Shown: positions 40,729-51,998, numbered from the stretch's first letter. The stretch: 64,000 nt of DNA from Neoechinorhynchus agilis (GCA_051530055.1 CM121342.1:15391480-15455479), one strand, 5' to 3'. The notes: generated by a model from the letters alone, not told the origin. Numbers and translations: made by a program.

Positions 40729-42202
40729 CTAGTTTTTCAGATGCTCCAAAGCTTGTAGAATATCCGCTACCAGATCTTCGGGTTCCTCGAATCCAACGGA
40801 TAGGCGAATAATACTAGCATCAACGCCTGTCGTCTTCCTGACGTTTTCATCAATTGAGGCATGAGTCATGAGTGCGGGAACACACAAGAGTGAATCGAAA
40901 CCTCCTAGACTCTCCGCAAGAGAAAACACTTTCACGCTCGAGGCGAATTTCTTGATTCTGTCGATGGATTTGTCTTTTAGTTCTAAGGTGATGATTCCAC
41001 CGCATCCCGTCATTTGAGATTTGGCTAGATTGAATTGCGGAAATGTTTCTAAGAAAGGGTAGAGTACACGAGCAATTTTGGGATGTCCATCAAGTTGCTT
41101 TGCAATGCTGAGCGCTGTTTGAAAATGTCGTTCCATTCTAAGAGGAAGTGTTTTCATGCCTCTATTTACGAGGTAGCAGTCCATTGGACCTGGGACTATT
41201 CCGAGTGCATTCTGTAAAAATTTCAACCTTTGGTACAAGTCATCATTGTTGGTCATTATTGCTCCCATAACGACATCCGAGTGACCGTTTAGGTATTTAG
41301 TTACTGAATGAACGGCTAAATCGGCTCCAAGGTCGAGAGGCTTTTGAAAGACTGGGGAAGCGAACGTATTGTCAACGACTACTATGATATCTGAACGGAT
41401 TGCTTTGATTCCGGTAATTACGGATCGAATGTCGCATATACTCATCATTGGGTTAGTCGGAGTTTCGAGCCATACAAGTTGAGTATTCTTTTTTACCATC
41501 GATATGATACTTTGAACTGAACGACAATCGACAAAGTCGATTTGAAAACCCATTGAAGGAATAACACATTTATGCATGAGTCTATAAGTTCCACCGTACA
41601 TATCATTACTGGTAATTATATGATCCCCTGCTTTTAAAACGGAAATGAACAACTGTATGGTTGAGAATTGAGATTCGCTGAGACTAATGGGTCCCGCACT
41701 ATTGGCGGAGGAAATGGATCAAATTAAATTAGCCGCATTATTGTTATTATTGGACAATTGGTTTATTATTTTGACAAAACGTTGAAACGACGAACCCGTA
41801 CTAATCCCTGGACGCGTAATAAGCTCAAAAATTGTAAGGTTGTTTTGCAGGAGCGTTTTAAAGTTCCGTTCGAATAAATACGCCAGGATACTAAGATCTA
41901 TAAAAAGCTGCTCATTTCGGTCATAGAAGGAACATGATAGCGGTTGTGGCACCAAGACCAGAAGCGAAAGCAAGTCCGTGCTTTGCGTTTTCGACCGTAG
42001 CAAAACTAGATTCCAGGCACTCGCGTGTTGGATTTCCGCTTCGACTGTAATCGTATTCCCCTTCGCCCGGCTGCAACTGCTTGAAAGTACTAGAGTTCAC
42101 GATTGGCGGTACGATTGCGCCATGCGACCATTTTTCTGGTTCTTGTCCTTCGTGGATGAGCCGAGTGAATGAACCATTGCGATAGTTACTGCTACCTGAC
42201 AT
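40729..42202 (-). CDS. CTH: Cystathionine gamma-lyase (Cys/Met metabolism PLP enzyme), split by a 289-nt insertion
   Basis: YDYSRSGNPTR, FASGLGATT, YGGTYRL, WLETPTNP, VVDNTF, HSVTKYLNGHSDV (PLP lysine), FSLAESLGG and IRLSVGFE motifs. Confidence 0.95.
41635..41925 (-). mobile_element. TA-bounded insertion with 16-bp imperfect subterminal inverted repeat in the CTH coding sequence (289 nt removed)
   Basis: Gene-sense left end TA-TG-ACCGAAATGAGCAGCT; right end (reverse complement) TA-AA-ACGGAAATGAACAACT. Removal gives TAIMFLL-KAGDHII. Confidence 0.75.
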
Positions 42203-42856
42203 TGCTCAATCTTCAAACGATAAAAAATCGCAATAAGAAGAACTAAAGCAACATGCCACAGCGGGAGATGTTGTCATGGCACTTGTGGAACTAAGTGTAG
42301 AAGCTTTTCTCTGTGCTGTTGTTAAGGAACGACCAAAGGCCATATAAAACAACCGACCAGGCTTGCAATTGAATGCCAAATAGATATTCTGAGACTGATA
42401 TGAAGTTCAAAAAACGACGTAAATTCATCAATAGAAATGAAGAACAATAAGAATGAACAGTTTATTGAGCAGAGGAAATCGCGAAACGATAAATGGGCCA
42501 TTGGTACGAAGGCGAACCGAACCGCTATCATATCTGATCGGCTATGGAGATCAAATTTTGTGAGGGAACGGATACCAAATGAAAAGTGCCCAGTGAAAAG
42601 CACCTGCGTCCCGATCGAACCAGCGATATTTGAAAGAGAAAGGAAAAGAGAGCGAATGAATAATGAAACCGGAGTGATAGCAGCCTCGCCCGATAGCAAA
42701 CCAGCGAAGACTCCGGTGGTAGTCCGTGTAACAGCGAAACGGGGTACACTAAGACGAAGTGCCAAAGAAACAAAAATCAATGGGAAGGAGATATGTAATA
42801 TGTGTCAATCAATAATGACTTTCATCGATAGAAAATCCTTCGGGATAATCAAAGTA

Positions 42857-42916
42857 TACTTTTGGTGAAAATAATACAGGTCATAACATATTTGATGATT
42901 ACTTTCACCAAAAGTA
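42857..42916. mobile_element. Short TA-flanked MITE derivative, same TIR as 61395-61585
   Basis: TATACTTTTGGTGAAAATAAT ... ATTACTTTCACCAAAAGTATA (21-bp inverted repeat, 1 mismatch). Confidence 0.8.
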
Positions 42917-43785
42917 TAATAATGACTTTATTTTGCATGTGAGAGGATTGTTCCTTCCATCACTGTAACAAAAGCTTCATTAAAATCTTGATTGCTTAAG
43001 CGAATCATGCGTCTTATCGGCATTATAAAGAAAGTGAACGTCTTTGTCGGACTATAAACAACTTTTGGAAATATTCGAGATGAAATAATCTTTGCTTAAG
43101 TGAGAACGGGACTGCGTACTTTTAAAACGTGATGTATAAGTACTAATAGTGATGGGAAAGCATTACTTAATCAAAATAACAAAATTGGAGGTGTTTTGGT
43201 TGCCGTATATTTTTGGCATTGTCGATCATACATACACATAGACTATTAGTCAAGGTAAAAAACGGAAAAGTCTTCCTCAAGCTACAATGTAGTGGCGATA
43301 CCAAAATTATTAGTTTTTACTCTGAAGACTTCTTTCAAAACTATAACCGACGATATTTAGATGTTGTTACTGAAAGGAGCTCGCAAACGTGTTCATCGCG
43401 TTTCCTTTTCAGAGGAAAAGCTCGTTATGAGAAGTCTACCTCGACATGAATCAGAAGTGAGGCGGAATAACGCCCTATGAACAAAATTTGCGGATAATGC
43501 TCAGTTTAGGAGTGACAAGTGCATCGATTTTGTTCCAGAAATCTCATTGTACCGAAGAAATCGTTGCCGAATCGCTAAAGATTGAACAAATTAAGTTCAA
43601 AGAATATGCTTCGGCACGTAAAATCATTCAAAATCCAGAAAACAAAAGAGCTAAATATAATTTTTGAGTACCAAATGCAATTCATATGCACAGCAAATCC
43701 ATTGTTGATTATTTTAGCGAGATCTCCAAATTTAAGCAGTTTTATGCGCACAGCCAAAAATTAATCTTTTGTATTTTTTTGATGA

Positions 43786-43956
43786 TAAGAAAAATATCTA
43801 TTGATTTATTATTTTCAATATTTCGTCCGTTTCGTCAGACTTCTTCAGGTTGTTTAAGTGTTTTGACATTCAAGTGCGAATAAAACACTTAAACAACCTG
43901 AAGAAGTCCGACGATACAGCCAAAATATTGAAAATAATCAATAGATATTCTTCTTA
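43786..43956. mobile_element. TA-flanked foldback MITE with ~75-bp arms and ~17-nt loop
   Basis: TA-AGAAAAATATCTATTGATT..CTTCTTCAGGTTGTTTAAGTGTTTT pairs with AAAACACTTAAACAACCTGAAGAAG..AATCAATAGATATTCTTCT-TA. Confidence 0.85.
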
Positions 43957-44184
43957 ATTAACCTTTTGTGAGTTTTAGATCCGCAACTTGACGCAGCTTT
44001 TTCAAAACTTCTTTAAATGCAGCTCAGTACCAATCGTTAAGCTCATAAAAATATATCCGACGACATTTAAAAATCGTAACCAATTATTGATAGCTTGCAA
44101 TTAAAATGTCGATATGTGAACTCTGAAGTCATCTAAACTTGTTGTTATGGCTTTCGCTTGTTTAGAAGTAGAGGAAAGGAAGCG

Positions 44185-44260
44185 CCGACGATGAACTTGA
44201 TAAGGTTCGAAACGTCTTTAATAAAACGTTGTCTACGGGTCGAAGACCAAAAAATTATAA
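44185..44260 (+). ncRNA. Penelope-like pLTR repeat with hammerhead-like core, copy A
   Basis: CCGACGA-T-GAAC[loop]GTTC-GAAAC-GTC followed by TTTAATAAAA..GGGTCGAAGACC; homologous to the copies at 46374 and 46526. Confidence 0.4.
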
Positions 44261-44695
44261 TGAAAATGTCACTTCAAAATAACAATTTACTATCTTTTTC
44301 ATAGTTATACCATCGTTCGGATTCAAAAATTCACTGATTTATTGCCGATATTTCACTTCGGATAATACCGACAGTTCCCAAGGTGTTTCCCCCGAAGACA
44401 ATAATCCAAAATACAATTTAGTTCAACAAAAATCTATAACAGGACGATATCGATGAACTCCATAACATTGAAAAGTGTTCATAACTACTGCCAATCTGTG
44501 TGATACATCGGAAAATGGCACAAAATCAATTCATTTTGGACCGGAGTTCCCTTTTCTTTCGAGAACTCTCTCGTGCGATGTATTTACTTTTCGTAGATTA
44601 ATGGTGAGGCGAACCTCGAAGGATGTGCGAACTCTTGACTTTTCCCGATAAAACGAAATCAACGTTATTAGTTCGTTATTCTCCTTTATTTTAGA

Positions 44696-47600
44696 ATGAT
44701 GGTTCCTTACAGAATCTGTAAAACTCTGAGTGCTCATATGAGCGACGCTCGATGTGTTCAGTTTTTGGATAAACAGGAAGAGACCATCTTCTTTAGCGGA
44801 GGTCGGGATGGACTAGCGCGCAAATGGGTTCTGGATCAAAATTCTTTGGATTTGGTATCGGATGCCCTTGTGAACGAACCGCCAAATGGCTATGTGAATG
44901 CCTTGGCGCTAATGAGCGATGGTGATTGGCTGCATACTGTGGTTGTGATCGGCGGGACCAATAAAGTCGTTCGGGGATACGATTGCGAAGGCAATGAGGT
45001 GTTTTCTCTTGAGGACCATTCAGACAATATCTGTCATCTTACTTACTCCACCAAATTGAATTTACTTGTGAGTTGTTCATGGGACTGTAGCCTTGTCGTC
45101 TACGATGCCACCGATAGAAAAAATCCTCGGTTTATGGAACGACTAAGCCAACACGATGTTTGCGTTTGGTCTAGTGCGCTTTCGGATGCACTCGGTATGA
45201 TTTTGAGTGGATCCGCCGATGGAAAAATCGGTGTTTGGAGGTTTTCCGATCAGGGATCGATTCGATTTGATCGTATGCTTAGTTCATTTCATTCTACCTG
45301 TGTAAGAAGTGTATGTGTCTTGCTTAATGGTCAGCGAGCGGCTTCTGCCTCAAACGATTTCACTATAGCCGTCTTTGATTTGATAACGTTTTCGCTTGTA
45401 CACCGGTTCGTTGGTCATGAATCCTTCATTTTTGACATAATTGCCTTTGAGGAAGAGGATGGTGAGGCTATCGCGAGTGCTGGTGAAGATCATACTTTGA
45501 GAATTTGGAATGTCGATTCAAAGAGTGTGAAACAAATTATTCATTTACCCGCTACGACGTGCTGGAGCATTGCGTTTAATGAAGGAATCTTATTGGCTGC
45601 ATGTAATGATGGTAACGTAAGAGTAATTTCTAAAGGAAGATGTGAAATGCCTGAATTAACCGACGAATATTTGCATTTTTCACTTAGTGTTCCACCTGAT
45701 GATCCTGAGAGCATGCCTAAAACAGTAGCTGGGACAGGACGTTTCGAAGGTGACTATCAATACGTATTGGAGCATGGCATGAGGATTGTAGGAATGCATT
45801 CGTTTCTGACGGCTTCTTCCTCGAGAACCTTACATTTCCTGCAATTAGGGTAAATTCCTTTTTTATTTTCCTTCACTTAGTTTAAGAACAAAACAAGAAT
45901 AGAAACCGACGAACTGATTGCAATTTAGACATTATGCATTTTGAACCCATATTTTCGCCTAATATCGAGAATGTAGAACAAGACTAAGTGGCCACTTCGT
46001 TTAATCGCTGGCAACATCACGACCATCAACAACTGCTCCATTCAAGGACATGGAGCAACCTTTGCCTTTTTCTTAATATTTACAACCTTGCCTTCATTCC
46101 GTACCTTCTGCAACCATTTTCCCAACTTTTCCACATTTCCCGTATCTCCGTTTAACAAAAGCTTTCTGTTGCTCTCTTCCTTACCTCCCAAATTTTTTCG
46201 CAACTCCGTCTATTTCTAGCCTTTCTGTAATAATGAGTTTCACCCTTTTGAACTTTCCCTTTAGTCTTGTACTCAAATGTTCTGTTTTCATTATTTTAAA
46301 ACCTTGTCTTCCTTTTGAAACCGCTTAGCCACTTTTCACCAATGTCGATATGTGAGGTACCAGGGAATGTGATTGGAATTATTGTTTAGGCTTACACCCA
46401 GTAAATGATTTTTCTCTATTAAAGACGTTTCAAACTTCGTTGGATTCATCATCAGTTCTAAAATACAAGTGGTTATATTATTATTCCGCTGAGAACGGAA
46501 TAATTACTTATTCACTTGTATTTTATAACTGATGATAACGCCGACGATGTTCGAAACGTTTTTAATATAAAATGATTTACCGGGTGAAGACCTAAACAAT
46601 AATTCCACCTTTCACAAAACTTTCTACCTATATTTTTCTTACATTTCCCATAAACATTTTTACAAGTGCTTTTAAAAACGTTTCCCTAACCTCAGCATTC
46701 TATTTTTTACAACTTTCATGTAATATACCCAATTGTCTTATCTTTTCCTCTGTCCGATTTTGTCAGTCTTAACCTTTCCCTTTTTCCAATCCTTTTGCCA
46801 CTTTATACCTAGTTTTTAATTTACCTTATTTCTTTCCCACATTTCCCGTATTTTCGTTTCACAAAACTTTAAAGCAGTTCCCTCACCTTCCGTCCACCTT
46901 TTTATAATTAATATTTTCCTAGCCTTTCTTCACAATAGCGTTTCCCCATTAAAATATATCTTCTCATTTCCCCTTTATTTTGTGCCTTTCTTCATTCCCT
47001 CATTTTTGTTTTGCATCCCATTTTCCAATTTCACTAAAAAATCGTATGGGTTCGTCTTCCTATTTTTTCTGTTTCGATTACGAATGTCTTAATAAAATAT
47101 GAATGGTGCGATTCGAACTGGCGTCCAGTCGGTAATTGTACTATTACATCGAAATCCGAGGACGAGGTAGTCGTGAGTGTCAATCTTGAAAATTCAGACG
47201 ATATGATAGAACTTAAGTTTAAAAAAAGTGAGGATCCTGATGTAGTCGCGGATAGGTTTATATTCGAGAACAACATTGATCCATCTTTTAAATCACAAAT
47301 AGTTGATTTTGTTAGAGCTCAATTACGCGACGAGTCGGAGAATGTAATTCCCTCGAGTGCCTACATTGGTTACACCTCTATTGCATCTTCGAAGGTCATT
47401 GAACGTATACGTTCTAACAATGAAAGATCTGGATTGAAAGAACTTTGTGCTGATGAACTTGATTCTATTGAGAATGATTTGAACACAATTTGCAATTCTG
47501 AAGAGTGGATGCCAAATGTAATAAACAAAATAGTCGATAGGCTTATTCTTATATGTGAACAATATCCGCCGGACAATATGTATCCATTCATGGATATTAT

Positions 47601-48159
47601 AAGGTACATTCTCGTTCGGGCTTCATTTGATGTTCATTACTCGAAAAGATTTCACGAATTGAAAAGCCAAAATAGCGCCAATAATATTCTAAATGGAATC
47701 GTTTTTCTAAGGATAATTTCTAATCTGTTCGTTACTACGGATGGGCAAGATGTATTCAAGGCAAATTCCAGGTCAGTGGTGGATGCAGCTCTAGACATTT
47801 ACCAAAAATGGCCAGATGATGTCCGAATAATCAAGGGATTTTCATCAATGTTTCATAATTATTGTTTGTTTCACTATAAGACAGGCAATGGCGGAGAATA
47901 TCTAAAGTCGTTTGCTGAACAAGTTGACACGGATCATGTAAAAAAATGGCCGATTGAATCTATAGATGTTTTTCTTAAAGGATATGCAACCGCACTCATT
48001 GCGCCCGTCGGATCTATTAATCTCAATAGAGCTAAACTTGTTTCGCTAAATTCGTGGCTTGTTCAAAAAGAAGATTGGACCTCAATTTCTGAGCTGGATG
48101 AAAAACAACTTGCTAATTTAAAGAAAACCTGCAGAGCTGTAAAAAGTAAGATTTCATAA
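44696..48159 (+). CDS. PLAA: Phospholipase A2-activating protein / Ufd3/Doa1 (WD40-PFU-PUL), split by a 1304-nt insertion
   Basis: WD40 repeats (LEDHSDNIC, SCSWDC, LSGSADGKIGVW, SAGEDHTLRIW), linker GRFEGD..YEW....W.PVG, PFU-like DPDVVADRFI..IDPSFKSQIVDFV and a C-terminal helical PUL-like region. Confidence 0.9.
45789..47094 (+). mobile_element. TA-bounded insertion with 11-bp imperfect subterminal inverted repeat in the PLAA coding sequence (1304 nt removed)
   Basis: Left end TA-GG-AATGCATTCGT; right end (reverse complement) TA-TT-AAGACATTCGT. Removal gives HGMRIVKYEW. No AG exists between the in-frame stop at 47035 and the YEW codons. Confidence 0.75.
46374..46607. ncRNA. Inverted pair of Penelope-like pLTR repeats with hammerhead-like cores (46374-46457 minus, 46526-46607 plus), nested in the PLAA insertion
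   Basis: Both arms read ACTGATGAT..(C/T)GAAACGT..TTTAATA..ATTTAC.GGGTG....CCTAAACAATAATTCCA; ~68-nt spacer. Confidence 0.5.
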
Positions 48160-48491
48160 ATTTGGTTTTTTCTCAGTGCTTATATTCACAAATGATAAAT
48201 TGTGCAAGATAAATTACACCAGATGTTTCATCAGATTTGTTAAGCACATAAAGTTCGTTGTTGTACAATATTAATTTTTCGCGAACTAGTACTTCTCTTA
48301 CTAAAATGAACTTACTTTATATTTTTCATTATAATCGCCGACATTATTCATATTCCTTGCGTTGTATATACACCTTAATGCGTAAAAATTATTTCGATTT
48401 ATCACAAATCTCGTTTTCGTCCATATCCCCAAGTTAGTATTTTTAAAGAAAGTTTTTACTGACCACTAAAAATGTTTACATTTTTATTATC

Positions 48492-51400
48492 TTATGGATT
48501 ATCCGCGTCATCCTCATCACTTGAATCAAATTGGAGATATTCATCCAGATTTTCAAGTGAATCTCTTTTTTGTGGTTCCTCAGTTTCCTTCGCTTCTTTT
48601 CCAATAGCTTCCAAATCTGGCTTGTAGATCTCTCTTATGCATTGTTCAGCTGCTTGAACAATTTCATTCGTTATCTTAACCTGTGAACTCCTTGTGCCGT
48701 AGTACTCTTCTGCATTCGTATTTATTAAACGAACGTCCTTCATGAAATCTTCCACCGATTTATACATACCTTTTTTTAGTTTTCTCTTTATTAGTTCAAT
48801 GTTCATAGGTCGTTTTATGCGCTCGTAATAATTAGGATTCTCTGCTTTTCGAACGGGAAAACGGAATAATCCGGAATTTTCCACTTTAAGAATGTGATCG
48901 TCAATTATTCTCCGTAATATAAATGAAAAGCATTCATCCTTGTCATCACCAAGAAGCGGGTTAATAAGTCTTTCCAAAAACATTATTGTAGTTTCCCGCT
49001 TTTGAATTTCCGCTGCAAACAGATGAAGGATCCTTTCAGCTGCAGTAGTCAAGTCTGGACGGATTCTTCTACTGTCCACTATTATGCGACCCAAGTCAGA
49101 TAATAAGGACTCTCTATCATTATAATGATTATCAGACATTTTCTTATGTATCGTTTTTAGATTCATTACGCCTTCTAAGGATGCATCAATGAATGGTTTA
49201 GCTTCCGGCAGTCGCAGAATAGCCCGCGAAATATCCTTGAATATTTTGGATAAATCTTTAATTAGAGCCAAACGACTTTTTGATTGACCTTTCGCATTGG
49301 CAGGCATAAGAGACTCGGCCGGTTGCAATAGTTCAGGTACTTCGACAGTTAGACGAGACAAATGCTCGCCTGGAATCTTTGCTTGAATCAAAACATTCTT
49401 TTGGTCGAACAAGGGGCAAATCCTATTAGTCCTCATATGACCGATGCGTCCACATGCCCCGCATTTTATACTTAGATCCTTCTTAGGTTTCTTCGGCAAA
49501 TCTGGAAGTGTATCTTCTTTCGCTTTTCTTTTTTTGGTATTTAGTGCTCCTGATGGCGCCACTAATTTTCGTTGTCCTAAGATTTCCCTTATTTGTACGT
49601 CAGTACGTTTACGCCTTATCTTTAAGTACAACTCAATTACAGCCTTGTTTGTAACAACAATCTCTTCGTTTCGTCCATCTGCAAATCTTCGGCTAATTCG
49701 CATTTCACTTGCATCAGTAATTCTTGGCTCGCTCATTACCTCAGCCAACCTCATGTTGTCGTCGTCCGCCGGAAAAAGTCCTGCCTCCAAGTACTTGATT
49801 TGATTGTCGAATATCGACTGTTTTTCCCTTTCGTATGCATTCTTAAAATTGGTAAATGTCCTTGTAATTCGTTTAGGTTTACCGGTTTTAACAACAGATT
49901 GTTTTTTCTTCTTTACAGACTTCTTTTCCGGAACTGCCGGGTTCTTTTTATTCTTCTCAACTTGCATACATATTACACGCATCACTTCCTTTAGCTCCAT
50001 TGTCGTCATCGGTTTTAGGTGAACTTCTTCGCACCCAAAAAACTTAAGAATCTGTACTAAAGTGGCCGGATCTATACGCTCCACAAAATTCTCGGTCTTC
50101 ATTATATCCTTAATCTTGTTTGATAGAGAATTTGACGTCTGTATTTTTTCCAACGCCGTACCAATTGCTTTATTCATTCGCGTAGTTGAAACTATGGATG
50201 CCTTTTTCGAAAATTTCTCAAACGTATATCCTATTCCGACTGCTTTAAATGGGTTACTTTTTCCACTCATTGATAAAAAACACTCTCCTCTTAATACTTC
50301 AAAGAATATTTTTGTTTTATCCCATACCATCGCTATTTTGTTTAGAATTGTTTTTCTTCTCTTTCTGTCCGGTTCAAATTTGCCCGCCAGAAGAGCAAAA
50401 CGAACATGGTTGAATCTCTTGTTTCTCAGTTCATGAAATATTCTCGCTGCGTTCACGCAGTACTTTTCCGGTGACATTAAAGATTGAAGTTCCCTTTGCC
50501 GCGGAACTCTAAAGTCCCGCCTTAGTATCCACGCTCTTTCCTCATTTACTAGGTCCAAAATAGCATATCTTTTCATACGTTTTGCTAATTTGCCATGCAA
50601 GTTCCGAGGAAATAAATTGCACAATGTTTCGCAGAAAATCCACGGCATTTCAGTCGAACCTGGTTGGTATGCTTCAAGGAACAATCTATATATAGTGGCA
50701 TCTAACATGTTTTTCTCGAATTGCGATGCTTCTACTGAGTCGGGCGATGGAATTTCTGTCATTGGTAGTTGTTGACCAACGCATAACATCCCATCGACGC
50801 TTCGAATGCTGGACATAGTATTCTGGCTGAACGCAATTACGAAATGAGATGCAATCTCCTGTTGAAAACAAGCCACGGATCTGAATTGGCCGCACTCTGC
50901 TGACAGAACTGACTGATTGCTTCCAATTGTTCCCAAAAACGGTTCAACGTGATCGTGCTGAACGCACTTTTTCTCACCCCATGAGGAATTGTTTTCCGCA
51001 CATCCCTTGAAATAATTTATAAGCCTCAGATTCATTCCGGTCTTGTTCGTGATAAGCGGTTCTTTTTCTAAATACTCTGCTAAAACAACTCTCTGGTCTT
51101 GATTTCCTAGAACGTCAATAGCGTAACTTTCAGGCTTGGTGTCGTCCCAATCCCACAAATCGCTTATATCTGTTAAACTTGAACATGGAAAGGGGTATTC
51201 GTTTAATTCCATTTCGAGAGCAGCTTGATCGTGGAGTATTGAGTTACGTTCTACAGGAGCTATCAACGTAGTCTTTAATTTTAGCCGTAAGTCTTTTTCA
51301 CCAAAGCTATCTTTGTTAACCGCAGTGTTGTCAATATTTATAAAAATAGGTTTTGGCTGCCTTCCAATTTTCAATTTGAACTCATTATTCATTAAACTTA

Positions 51401-51998
51401 CATCTTCGTGGGGATCAAGACCTTCAAGTCCTAATCTTAAATTTTTGGGGAAATGTACTTTTTTATGAGCCCCTAAAATTTTTGGTAGCATAACCAGCGA
51501 ATCATCTTCATCAATGATCTCTGGAACACTTTGTACGGCGTATGATATTGCACTATAAATAGGATCCGATAGATCAAAACCTGGTCTAATTGTCACTTCA
51601 AAATGTTCATCTTCCTTTTTCACCTTTTCAATTATCTTCGCTTCAGATTCTGGACATTCAATTTTTTTACCACTCTTGATTCTCTTCTCTTCTCTTTCTT
51701 TTGCAGCTTTCTCTTTACGAGCTTTCTCCTTCTCCTCCAATTTTCGCCTTTTGTCTCGCTTGTCTAAGCGGCGATTTCTGGCTTCAACCTTCTCCCTGAG
51801 AATTCTAGTAGTCTCTATCCTTTTCCCCCAATAAGACTTATACGCTTCCTCCTCCGAGACCCATATAATATCGAGTGGATTGACAGGAAATTTTGGATCA
51901 TAGTTCGGTAGTAAGTCATAAATAATTGGCCTTTCTTCTTGGGTGATGCTTTTGTCTGAACTCATGTCGATTGGCGGCTGATCGGACATTTTCTGCAA
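48492..51998 (-). CDS. TAF1: TFIID subunit 1 (TAF1): diverged central domain, Zn knuckle, tandem bromodomains; ORF uninterrupted
   Basis: EYLEKEPLITNKTGM, LMSPEKYC, CGACGRIGHMRTNRICP (TAF1 Zn knuckle) and two bromodomain-like repeats (second: FRFPV..PNYYERIKRPMNI). An AG acceptor near 51995 suggests a short upstream exon. Confidence 0.92.
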   Translation of the reverse strand: MQKMSDQPPIDMSSDKSITQEERPIIYDLLPNYDPKFPVNPLDIIWVSEEEAYKSYWGKRIETTRILREKVEARNRRLDKRDKRRKLEEKEKARKEKAAKEREEKRIKSGKKIECPESEAKIIEKVKKEDEHFEVTIRPGFDLSDPIYSAISYAVQSVPEIIDEDDSLVMLPKILGAHKKVHFPKNLRLGLEGLDPHEDVSLMNNEFKLKIGRQPKPIFINIDNTAVNKDSFGEKDLRLKLKTTLIAPVERNSILHDQAALEMELNEYPFPCSSLTDISDLWDWDDTKPESYAIDVLGNQDQRVVLAEYLEKEPLITNKTGMNLRLINYFKGCAENNSSWGEKKCVQHDHVEPFLGTIGSNQSVLSAECGQFRSVACFQQEIASHFVIAFSQNTMSSIRSVDGMLCVGQQLPMTEIPSPDSVEASQFEKNMLDATIYRLFLEAYQPGSTEMPWIFCETLCNLFPRNLHGKLAKRMKRYAILDLVNEERAWILRRDFRVPRQRELQSLMSPEKYCVNAARIFHELRNKRFNHVRFALLAGKFEPDRKRRKTILNKIAMVWDKTKIFFEVLRGECFLSMSGKSNPFKAVGIGYTFEKFSKKASIVSTTRMNKAIGTALEKIQTSNSLSNKIKDIMKTENFVERIDPATLVQILKFFGCEEVHLKPMTTMELKEVMRVICMQVEKNKKNPAVPEKKSVKKKKQSVVKTGKPKRITRTFTNFKNAYEREKQSIFDNQIKYLEAGLFPADDDNMRLAEVMSEPRITDASEMRISRRFADGRNEEIVVTNKAVIELYLKIRRKRTDVQIREILGQRKLVAPSGALNTKKRKAKEDTLPDLPKKPKKDLSIKCGACGRIGHMRTNRICPLFDQKNVLIQAKIPGEHLSRLTVEVPELLQPAESLMPANAKGQSKSRLALIKDLSKIFKDISRAILRLPEAKPFIDASLEGVMNLKTIHKKMSDNHYNDRESLLSDLGRIIVDSRRIRPDLTTAAERILHLFAAEIQKRETTIMFLERLINPLLGDDKDECFSFILRRIIDDHILKVENSGLFRFPVRKAENPNYYERIKRPMNIELIKRKLKKGMYKSVEDFMKDVRLINTNAEEYYGTRSSQVKITNEIVQAAEQCIREIYKPDLEAIGKEAKETEEPQKRDSLENLDEYLQFDSSDEDDADNP

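Noticed and set aside
42437-42868. 143-aa basic ORF upstream of CTH
   Set aside because: No recognisable domain or splice support, and its end runs into a MITE; may be real but unsupported.
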